NCBI GenBank assembly: GCA_046758365.1
Contig: JBHIAC010000055.1
Coordinates: 1-18,048 of the forward strand
From: a bacterium
Lineage (GTDB): Bacteria > Zhuqueibacterota > Zhuqueibacteria > Oceanimicrobiales > Oceanimicrobiaceae
Length of the DNA stretch: 18,048 bases
Direction of reading: 5' to 3'
The notes under the pieces are model-generated. The model worked only from the letters and a program-made list of their open reading frames with translations, was not told the origin of the DNA and ran no database searches. Position numbers and translations under genes: made by a program. Of this stretch, positions 1 through 8,900 are shown piece after piece (position 1 is the stretch's first letter; each line of letters starts with the position of its first letter).

Positions 1-224
1 CCAATGCAATTATTAGCGGATGCCAATACTCGCTCAAATCTGTCACAAAATATAGCTTTATCAGAATTTTATTTCCCTGGTGGAAATGATCGCTTTTTAG
101 AAATCATTTAATAAAGCGTAAAGCTAATGTCCTCTATTATTTCAGGTTCAGGATGAATATCCAGAACAATCAGTGTCTGCCCGTAACTGAAGTTTTACAA
201 AATAGTAAATAGCGTCTTTTTTTC

Positions 225-253
225 TTGTGTTAAAAGTTAAAAAATTGTATATT
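225..253 (+). promoter_or_regulatory. Putative sigma70 promoter for the speD-aminopropyltransferase fusion
   Basis: TTGTGT (225-230), 17 bp spacer, TATATT (248-253), about 90 bp upstream of ATG 341. The AT-rich background makes chance matches possible. Confidence 0.4.
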
Positions 254-340
254 TAACGCCGCACTTTGAATAATTAATAACAAAATTTATCACATTAATT
301 GAAAAGGGGTGAAATAGCCACAAAAGTTAAGGATTTAAAA

Positions 341-1414
341 ATGAAAAATTCCGGGATCCAATTAATCGCTGAATTTTATGGTTGTTCAACAGATGTATTA
401 AATCATGAACGAATATTAAAACAAGTGCTCATGGATGGCATAGAAAAATCTAATTTGCATCAAATTAATGTCACAAGTCACAAATTTGATCCTATCGGTA
501 TTACAGTTATTGCAATTATTAATGAATCACATATTGCCATTCACACGTATCCAGAAGCACATCATGCCTCTATTGACATATTTCATTGCTCCACCGATTC
601 TTATGCATTATTTAGGCTACTAGAGTTTCTGCAAAACAATCTACACCCAAAATCGGTAAAATTTATGGAGATTTCCAGGGGGGATAAGTTAGAAATAAAT
701 GAAAGTAATTCTATTACATCACATTCCCGTTATGGATTTGAAGTTAGATATTTTTACAACAAAAAGCTTGTGGACCATAAATCCAAATATCAAAAGATCG
801 TCGTTATTGAAAATATTACTTTCGGAAGAATGCTGTTCTTAGATGGGGAATTACAAATTGCCGAAAAAGATGTAGATATTTTTAACAAGGCTATGATCTC
901 CCCCCTTATAAACGGTAATAAAATTGACAATGTAGCTATTCTCGGCGGTGGCGATGGCGGCGTTTTAAACGAGCTTCTTAAACATAAAATAGGCAAAGTT
1001 ACCCTTGTTGAAATCGATGAAGAGGTTATTGCGGTGTCAAAAAGATATTTCGAAAAACTCTGCGGCAATGCATTCTACGATCCCCAAGTAACTATTGTCA
1101 TTGATGATGCCAATAATTTCTTGGACTCCGATGGCAGTTTTGATGCTATAATTTATGATTTGACATCGGATGCTGAATTGCTTACGATAAAGGAAAAACG
1201 ACAGTTTTTAAGCGAAATATATTCAAAAATTCAAAAAAATCTAAGAGAAGATGGAATGGTTAGTATACAGTGCTGTTCTGAATTTGACACTGATACTTTT
1301 AAGCTTATTCAGGAACTTCTATCAAAGTATTTTACCGATGTAACATTTCATACAGTTTTTATCCCTTCCTATTGTGAACCGTGGGTTTTTGGTTCAGCAA
1401 GACCCAAAAAATAG
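341..1414 (+). CDS. speD: S-adenosylmethionine decarboxylase proenzyme (class 1B) fused to a spermine/spermidine synthase-type aminopropyltransferase, 357 aa
   Basis: The N-terminal ~115 aa has the self-cleavage motif INE|SHIAIHTYPE (Ser63, His68) and DIFHCS (Cys83). The C-terminal part has SKYQKI, FGRMLFLDGELQ, ILGGGDGG, VEIDEEVI, FDAIIYDL and IPSY. ATG 341 follows AAGGA and is preferred to the track's TTG at 299. Confidence 0.93.
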   Translation: MKNSGIQLIAEFYGCSTDVLNHERILKQVLMDGIEKSNLHQINVTSHKFDPIGITVIAIINESHIAIHTYPEAHHASIDIFHCSTDSYALFRLLEFLQNNLHPKSVKFMEISRGDKLEINESNSITSHSRYGFEVRYFYNKKLVDHKSKYQKIVVIENITFGRMLFLDGELQIAEKDVDIFNKAMISPLINGNKIDNVAILGGGDGGVLNELLKHKIGKVTLVEIDEEVIAVSKRYFEKLCGNAFYDPQVTIVIDDANNFLDSDGSFDAIIYDLTSDAELLTIKEKRQFLSEIYSKIQKNLREDGMVSIQCCSEFDTDTFKLIQELLSKYFTDVTFHTVFIPSYCEPWVFGSARPKK

Positions 1415-1598
1415 CTATCTAAAAATCTCCAGCAATTGAATCACAATCAATATTTGAATTTCATCGCCCTAAACACTAATTAAATAAAATTTCTTAATTT
1501 TGAATATTGAAATAAATGGTTCAGCGGTTAATTGGATGGTGAGTAAGATTGGTGCAAATTGCATTGAATAGACTTAAGAATTAAATTATGTCAAATCC

Positions 1599-1627
1599 TT
1601 GATATTTTACCAGAAATTTATTAAACT
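1599..1627 (+). promoter_or_regulatory. Putative sigma70 promoter for the DUF885-ggt-mes run
   Basis: TTGATA (1599-1604), 17 bp spacer, TAAACT (1622-1627) in the intergenic region before ATG 1790. Confidence 0.35.
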
Positions 1628-1703
1628 TATAATAATCCCAATAATGCGTACTTAATGTAATAATATCCTAAACAGTTTGAAAGTATTCAGTACCCAATGA
1701 TAG

Positions 1704-1752
1704 CACCGATTTTCGCAGATTTTTAATCTGTGCAATTCTGTGAAATTTGTGA
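1704..1752. repeat. Degenerate REP-like 'cacagat...atctgtg' palindromic repeat
   Basis: caccgat-tttc-gcagat followed by the complementary units atctgtg-caatt-ctgtg-aaatttgtg, an imperfect hairpin built from short tandem units. Confidence 0.5.
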
Positions 1753-1789
1753 TTTAAATTGTTTAATAATTAAACAGAAAGGAAAAATC

Positions 1790-3520
1790 ATGAAAATCTT
1801 AGTTGTTTATCTTTCCCTGATGTTTCTGGTCTTTCTTTTATCATGTTCAATTCAAAAGACTGAAGACGGCAAATTCGAAGCACTGGCGAATAATTATATC
1901 GAAAAATTCCTCGAAATGAACCCCGAATGGGCAACCTATCTTGGTAATCATCGATATGACCATCGCCTAAACGACTACAGCCTTGAGAGCGTCGAGCGAG
2001 AAATAAATTTCCATAAGACTTACCTCGATTCTCTTTCTTCCATCCAGGAAAACCGCCTCAGTTTGGTAAATAAAATTGACTACAAAATTTTACGTACTAA
2101 CCTTGAATTGATGATCTTCGAACTCGACATCCTCAAGGAATACGAATGGAACCCTCTGGAATATAATATTGGTGGGGCCATTTATGGGCTTATTGCGCGA
2201 GAATTTGCACCACTGAAAGAACGGTTACTTAACGTCAAGGAGAGGTTAAAGGCCGTCCCCTCGGTTCTTGAACATGCCAAAAAGAATTTGATAAATCCCC
2301 CTAAAATTCACATCGAAACAGCTATTTTGCAAAATAAAGGAAATATCAAGCTGGTTCGGGATGATTTAAAAAAGTTTCTCGACCAGGTGCCAGAGCTCAA
2401 AGCAGAGTTCGCGCCTGCTCAATCTCAAGCAGTTGCAGCCTTGAAAGAGTATGGCAAGTGGTTGCAACAAGAACTCTTGCCAAAGTCTACAGGTGAATTT
2501 CGAATCGGCGACAAAAAGTTCAGAAGAAAACTCCGTTACATCCTTGAATCGGGTCTCTCTAAGGAAGAAATACTCCAAAGGGCGGAAGCTGATCTAAAAA
2601 AGACTCAAAATGCAATGTATGAAACCGCCCTGCCGTTGTTCAAAAAATACTTACCGGAGATTACAGACACTAAGAAATTAGACGACAAGAAACTGGTCAT
2701 TAAAACTGTGTTAGATAAACTCGCAGAAGCTCATCCCACAAACGAAACCATTGTCGAATTGGCCAAGGAATCCCTACAATCATGCTCTGATTTCGTCCGT
2801 TCGCATAATTTGATGACCGTACCAGAGGAACCGATTAAGATCATTGTGATGCCCGAATTCCAGCGGGGAGTAGCTGTGGCCTATTGCGATCCGCCAGGTC
2901 CCTTGGAAGAGAAAAGAAAAACTTTCTACTCCATCTCTCCTACTCCGCAGGACTGGTCAGAGAAGCGGGTGGAATCATTTTTCCGCGAATATAATAATTA
3001 TATGCTCGAAAATCTTACCGTGCACGAGGCGATGCCTGGACATTACTTGCAGCTCGCTCATGCTAATAAGTTCAAAGCGCCCACTAAGGTAAGAGCCATT
3101 TTCAGCAGTGGCACCTTTGTAGAAGGTTGGGCAACCTATGCGGAACAACTCATGGTTGAGAAAGGTTATGGGGGCCCAGAAGTCAAGATGCAGCAGTTAA
3201 AAATGCGGCTGCGGTTGATTATTAATGCTATCATTGATCAGAAGATCCATACCGAAGGAATGACTGAAAAAGAAGCCATGAACCTCATGATGAACCAAGG
3301 CTTTCAGGAAGAAGGTGAAGCGGCTGGAAAGTGGCGTCGAGCTTGTTTGACCTCTACTCAGCTTTCAACTTACTACATTGGCAACACCGAAATCAACGAC
3401 CTGCGCAATGCCTTTGAAGCCAAAATGAAAAAAGTCATCGATATGAAAGCCATGCATGATAAGATGCTCTCCTTTGGCTCTCCAGCGCCTAAGTATGTAA
3501 AAGAGCTTTTGAGGTTGTAA
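1790..3520 (+). CDS. DUF885 family lipoprotein (putative zinc metallopeptidase-like)
   Basis: Signal peptide with lipobox MKILVVYLSLMFLVFLLS-C; PEWATYLG; family motifs HEAMPGHYLQ, FVEGWATYAE and QLSTYYIG. ATG 1790 follows AAAGGA and is preferred to GTG 1730, which lies inside the repeat. Confidence 0.9.
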   Translation: MKILVVYLSLMFLVFLLSCSIQKTEDGKFEALANNYIEKFLEMNPEWATYLGNHRYDHRLNDYSLESVEREINFHKTYLDSLSSIQENRLSLVNKIDYKILRTNLELMIFELDILKEYEWNPLEYNIGGAIYGLIAREFAPLKERLLNVKERLKAVPSVLEHAKKNLINPPKIHIETAILQNKGNIKLVRDDLKKFLDQVPELKAEFAPAQSQAVAALKEYGKWLQQELLPKSTGEFRIGDKKFRRKLRYILESGLSKEEILQRAEADLKKTQNAMYETALPLFKKYLPEITDTKKLDDKKLVIKTVLDKLAEAHPTNETIVELAKESLQSCSDFVRSHNLMTVPEEPIKIIVMPEFQRGVAVAYCDPPGPLEEKRKTFYSISPTPQDWSEKRVESFFREYNNYMLENLTVHEAMPGHYLQLAHANKFKAPTKVRAIFSSGTFVEGWATYAEQLMVEKGYGGPEVKMQQLKMRLRLIINAIIDQKIHTEGMTEKEAMNLMMNQGFQEEGEAAGKWRRACLTSTQLSTYYIGNTEINDLRNAFEAKMKKVIDMKAMHDKMLSFGSPAPKYVKELLRL

Positions 3521-3528
3521 GACTAGAA

Positions 3529-4161
3529 ATGCAAATAACTGAACCAGTAACCATGCTGACTGACTACGTCCTCGCACTGGTCACGTTTTATTTTGCGATC
3601 TTGCTATTTCACGTTGTTCGTCGCCAAATCCAAATCTCCGTCTGGTTGTGGACCGCAGCTTTCATCGCAACAGCCGTAGCTGCCGTAGTTGGAGGCACTT
3701 CTCACGGTTTTGCCCTATACCTTGGAAATGTTGCAAAAGTGGCAATTTGGAAGGTGACAGTATATTCAATAGGTTTTGCGAGTTTTTTTATGCTGTCGGG
3801 GACGATCATAGCTTCTGTTCCACGTCTACTTCATCGATGGTTCCTTGCTGCGGCCGTGTTAAAATTATTAGCATACGCCTTGTGGATGACTACCCACAAC
3901 GAATTCCGATATGTGATTTATGACTATGTGCCGGCGATGTTTGGGGTCATTTTACTTCAAGGATATACGTTCTTATGCCAAAATGAAAAGAGCGCGGGTT
4001 GGATCATAACAGGTGTCTTAGTTTCATTGGCTGCAGCCGGGATTCAGCAGAGTGGATTCACGCTGCACAAGCACTTTAACCATAACGATTTATACCATGT
4101 CATCCAGATGGGGGCTATGTTTTTGTTATATAAAGGTGTCCGCTTACTTAAAGATCAGTAA
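3529..4161 (+). CDS. Polytopic membrane protein, DUF6962-like (about 7 TM)
   Basis: About 7 hydrophobic segments; motifs EPVTMLTDY, GGTSHG and FNHNDLYHVIQM; starts 8 nt after the DUF885 stop. Confidence 0.75.
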   Translation: MQITEPVTMLTDYVLALVTFYFAILLFHVVRRQIQISVWLWTAAFIATAVAAVVGGTSHGFALYLGNVAKVAIWKVTVYSIGFASFFMLSGTIIASVPRLLHRWFLAAAVLKLLAYALWMTTHNEFRYVIYDYVPAMFGVILLQGYTFLCQNEKSAGWIITGVLVSLAAAGIQQSGFTLHKHFNHNDLYHVIQMGAMFLLYKGVRLLKDQ

Positions 4162-4194
4162 AAAATTTACGACGCATTTTGAAAGGAGCTACTC

Positions 4195-5892
4195 ATGAAA
4201 AAAACAATTTATTTTCTTATCCTTATTGCTACTTTCTCAATACCCTTACAGGCTCAGGATCGCATCACAGGAAAAAACTTTGCAACACGTTCAGAGGTCA
4301 TCGCACAACATGGTATGGCCGCCACTAGTCAACCCTTAGCTACCCAGGTTGCTTTGGATATCTTAAAACAAGGTGGAAGCGCCGTGGATGCGGCTATTGC
4401 GGCCAATGCTTTATTAGGTTTGGTAGAACCCACTGGATGCGGTATCGGGGGTGATTTATTTGCCATCATCTGGGATGCGAAAACTCAAAAACTTTACGGA
4501 GTGAATGCCAGCGGTCGTTCGCCTTATTCCCTAACCCTGGAGCACTTTAAGAAACTGGGCCTAAAGCGTATCCCCGGTCATGGTCCCCTACCGGTGACAG
4601 TACCTGGCTGCGTAGATGGATGGTTTGAGTTGCACAATAAATTTGGTAAGCTTCCCATGAAAAGCATTCTTGCCCCAACCATTAAATATGCTCGAGAAGG
4701 TTTTCCGCTCACCGAACTCATTGCCTATTATTGGGGGCGTAGTGTGCCAATATTAGAAAAATGGCCGGGATTTAAGGAAACCTTTATGCCCAATGGAAGC
4801 GCCCCTAAAAAAGGCGAAATATTTAAAAACCCTAAATTGGCCAATACCCTGGAAAAAATTGCCATTCGGGGACGCGATGTTTTTTATAAAGGAGAAATCG
4901 CCAGAACAATCGATGCCTTCATGAAACGAGTCGGTGGCTTTCTCTCTTATCAAGATCTGGCTGATCACAAATCCGATTGGGTGGAGCCGGTCGCCACTAA
5001 CTATCGCGACTATGATATTTGGGAACTCCCACCCAATGGCCAGGGGATTGCCGCTTTACAAATCCTGAATATTTTAGAAGGATATGATATTAAAGGTATG
5101 GGGTATGGCAGTAAAGAGTACATCCACCATTTTATTGAAGCTAAAAAACTGGTTTTTGAAGACCGAGCCAAATTTTATGCAGATCCGGAATTTAATAAAA
5201 TTCCGGTCAAAGAACTCATCTCAAAAGAGTATGCCGCTGTAAGACGGAACTTAATTGATCCCAATCGTGCAGCTAAAAGATATGATGCTGGTAATCCAGC
5301 ACTATTAGCAGGGGACACAATTTATTTAACGGTAGCTGACGATAAAGGAAACATGGTATCTCTCATCCAGAGTAATTACCGCGGCATGGGCTCTGGACTT
5401 TCACCTGATGGTTTAGGATTCATTTTTCAAGATCGTGGGGAATTGTTTGACCTAGAAGAAGGGAAGTTCAATACATACGCACCTCATAAGCGACCTTTTC
5501 ATACCATCATTCCTGCGTTTATCACGAAAGAGGGCAAACCATTTATGAGTTTTGGCGTTATGGGCGGCGCCACCCAACCGCAGGCCCACGCACAAATAGT
5601 TATCCATATCGTCGATTTTGGTATGAATATTCAAGAAGCTGGAGATGCACCCCGTATTTTGCATCAAGGCTCATCGCAGCCCACGGGTGAAAAAATGATC
5701 GATGGCGGCCGAGTTTATCTGGAAACTGGGATTCCTTATGAAACCATCCGCGAATTGGTAAAAATGGGGCATCGAGTAGGCTATAATGTCGGCAGCTACG
5801 GAGGCTATCAAGCTATCATGTATGATTGGAAAAACAAAGTTTATTATGGCGCCTCCGAATCTCGTAAAGACGGTCAGGCGGCAGGGTATTAA
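4195..5892 (+). CDS. ggt: Gamma-glutamyltransferase (Ntn hydrolase), secreted
   Basis: Signal peptide ending PLQA-Q; GMAATSQPLA, GGSAVDAAIA, GIGGDLF, VTVPGCV, ELPPNGQG; autoprocessing Thr in GD-TIYLTVAD; KRPFHTIIP, GVMGG, SESRKDGQAAGY. RBS AAGGAG. Confidence 0.95.
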   Translation: MKKTIYFLILIATFSIPLQAQDRITGKNFATRSEVIAQHGMAATSQPLATQVALDILKQGGSAVDAAIAANALLGLVEPTGCGIGGDLFAIIWDAKTQKLYGVNASGRSPYSLTLEHFKKLGLKRIPGHGPLPVTVPGCVDGWFELHNKFGKLPMKSILAPTIKYAREGFPLTELIAYYWGRSVPILEKWPGFKETFMPNGSAPKKGEIFKNPKLANTLEKIAIRGRDVFYKGEIARTIDAFMKRVGGFLSYQDLADHKSDWVEPVATNYRDYDIWELPPNGQGIAALQILNILEGYDIKGMGYGSKEYIHHFIEAKKLVFEDRAKFYADPEFNKIPVKELISKEYAAVRRNLIDPNRAAKRYDAGNPALLAGDTIYLTVADDKGNMVSLIQSNYRGMGSGLSPDGLGFIFQDRGELFDLEEGKFNTYAPHKRPFHTIIPAFITKEGKPFMSFGVMGGATQPQAHAQIVIHIVDFGMNIQEAGDAPRILHQGSSQPTGEKMIDGGRVYLETGIPYETIRELVKMGHRVGYNVGSYGGYQAIMYDWKNKVYYGASESRKDGQAAGY

Positions 5893-5910
5893 TTTAAAAA
5901 AGGATACACA

Positions 5911-8900
5911 ATGCAAAATAAAATAGATTATCATAAATCAGACCTAAAGTGGAAAAAAGGCCTCTGTGGTATCTGTCCGGCTGGCTGTTGGGTGGAAGTA
6001 GTTCTTGAAGATGATAAAATAGTGGATATCAAACAGGACACCAGTCATCCTTTGGGGATGATCTGCCAGCGGGGTCAACATGCACCTGAAATCATCTACT
6101 CTGAACATCGGCTCAAATATCCAATGAAGCGGGTGGGCCCCAAAGGTTCCCATGAATTTGAACGCATTACTTGGGATGAAGCCTATGATTTCATTGTGGA
6201 GCAATTGAACAAAATTAAGGAAGAATCAGGCCCAGAAGCGGTAGCTATCTATACTGGGCGCGGCGCCTTCGAGTTGTCCTTGTGCGATATGTATCAACCC
6301 AAAGGTGTGGCAGTATCTTCTGCGTCCAACATCCTGTTCCCGTTTGGCTCACCGAATACCATGGGTGTGGGTGCGCTCTGTTACGTCTCCTTTGCCATGA
6401 TTGCCCCCCATGTAACCATGGGCCGGATGCTTATCAATATGTTCACAGACATGGAAAACGCCGAGATGCTCGTAGTATGGGGCGCCAATCCAGCAACCGA
6501 TTCACCTCCTTTAGACATGCATCGGCTGGAAGCGGCGGCCAAGCGCGGAGCGGATATCGTGGTCATCGACCCGCGCCATACGGAGACCGCCATCCGCACC
6601 AACGCCCAATGGGTCCCACTAAGACCCGGAACCGACGGCGCGCTGGCTCTGAGCATAATTGAAGTAATGATCGATGAAGAACTCTACGACGAAGATTTCG
6701 CCGAGAACTGGTGTCATGGTTTTGAAGAGTTGAAAACCTATGTCCAGCATTTTCGTCCCGAGGTAGCGGAAACCAACACCGGAGTACCAGCGGACACCAT
6801 TCGAGACCTGGCCCGACGCATCTGCCACGCCACGGGGGCCTGCCCCGTGATGTACACCGGTTTGGAATATTCCAATAGTGGAATTCAAGCTATCCGAGCC
6901 GTACTAACTCTATTTTCTCTGGCTGGACATCTGGATGTGCCAGGCGGCCTTGGGCTTGCCATGCTGAACAGCCATTTTCCCATCAATCGCTCCTGCAATC
7001 AAGAAAACCCCAACCTAGACCTGGCAGTGGCGCGCACAAAGTTCCCGATTTACAGCAACTATCGTGGGGAGTCCCATGCCAGCGGGCTTGTGGATTCAGT
7101 GCTCAAAGGCGCCCCTTATCGTATCCGGGGGTTGATTATTCACGGTGCTTCTCTGCTCACTTCTTGGCCGCAAACCCCTATCTGGCGCGAAACGCTTGCT
7201 AAATTGGATTTTCTGGTTTGTATTGACCGTCAACTGACCGCCGATGCTGCTTATGCCGACATCGTACTGCCGGCCACTACTATGTTTGAAATTGACTCCT
7301 ACATGGTCTATGGAGCCATCTTCCGTCTGCGGGAAAAGATGATTGAGCCGGTCGGCGAGGCCCGCAATGATTATCTGATTATGGCAGAACTGGCTGAACG
7401 GTTAGGCTACGGTCACCTCTATCCCCAAACCGAAGAAGAGATGGTCCACTTTGCTTTAGAAGGCTCCGGATATACCCTTGAAGCTGTAAAAGCGGCTGGC
7501 GGCTGGGTGAAGATTCCAACTCCTATAATGGAATACAAGAAATGGCAGAAAGGCACCCTGCGAGAAGATGGCAAACCCGGCTTCGACACCCCCACGGGCA
7601 AGTTCGAAATCTGGTCCACTATTCTCGAAGAGTACGGCCATGAGCCACTGCCAAAATACACCGAACCCAAGGAGGGACCCCTGGCCAGCCTGGACCTCGC
7701 GAGGGAGTTCCCTTTGGTGTTCAATTCCGGCGCCCGACCTCATACTGATTTCCGCTCCCAGCACCACGGCATCAAAGGCTTGGTGAAGGATAATCCAGAA
7801 CCTACTGTGGAGATCAACTTCCAAGATGCCAAGGAGCGAGGGATCAAGAGTGGAGATCTGGTTAACGTTGGCACCCCCCGCGGCAGTATGCCCTTTAGGG
7901 CCCGGGTCACCAAAGACATCGTTCAAGGAGCCGTTGAATGCAACATGGGCGGCGGCACGCCAATAGGCCCAAAGGCCTGGCAGGAGTGGAATGTCAACGA
8001 ACTCACAGACATCACCAACTATGATGAAATATCCGGCTTCCCTGTCTACAAGGCCCTCCTTTGTGATGTGGTGAAAATCAAGCAGGGCACCGAGACAACT
8101 CGTCGTATGGTGAGCAAGCAAGTGAAGGCGTGTGGTCCGCACCTGCTCTTTCCCCAGACCCCCAAGAGAAATACAAGAAAAAGAATCTATTTAGACAATA
8201 ACGCCACCACCCGGGTAGCTGATGCGGTCCGGGAAGCCATGTTACCCTATCTGGAGACGGTCCATGGCAATCCTTCCAGTATCCATGGCGTGGGCAGAGA
8301 TGCCAGGGAAGCCGTGGAGCAGGCTCGCCGTCAGATGGCTAAATTAATTAACGCCCGCCCGCGGAGAATCATCTTCACCGGCGGTGGCTCCGAAGCAGAC
8401 AATCTAGCCCTTAAAGGTGTGGCGTTTGCCCCATTAGATAAACATCCTGCGGGGTCTGGCCAGTGTGATAAAGGCAATCACATTATCACGACCCGTATCG
8501 AGCATCCGGCCATCCTGAGCACGTGCGCGTTCCTAGAGAAACTTGGTTACAAGATCACATATCTTGAAGTAGACCAATACGGCTGGCTTCCTCCGGACCT
8601 GTTAAGGGAGGCCATTCAGGACAACACTATCCTGGTCTCCATTATGATGGCTAATAATGAGGTGGGCACGATCATGCCGATTAAGGAGTTGTGTGCGATC
8701 GCACATGAGAGAGATATTTTATTCCATACTGATGCCGTTCAAGCTGTCGGTAAGATCAAGGTCGATGTAGAAGACCTCGGGGTGGACTTGCTCAGTATCT
8801 CCGGTCACAAATTCCATGCGCCGAAGGGCATTGGTGCTCTGTATGTGAGAAAGGGAGTTGAGTTGGAGCCAATCATCCATGGCGGCAAACAAGAGAACGG

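Noticed and set aside
1..111. Frame +1 open to TAA 111 (PMQLLADANTRSNL...FLEII), possibly the 3' end of an upstream gene
   Set aside because: Only 36 codons with no recognisable motif; cannot be supported.
299..340. TTG-initiated N-terminal extension of the speD fusion
   Set aside because: ATG 341 has an RBS and places the pyruvoyl Ser at residue 63, as expected for class 1B enzymes.
790..5934. Short antisense or alternative-frame ORFs within speD, DUF885, DUF6962 and ggt
   Set aside because: They overlap well-supported genes and carry no motifs.
5911..8080. Calling the pterin module acetylene hydratase, formate dehydrogenase or nitrate reductase
   Set aside because: The catalytic Asp of acetylene hydratase is replaced by Pro, the ligand Cys is not followed by His as in Fdh, there is no Tat signal or partner subunit, and the desulfurase fusion fits MES better.
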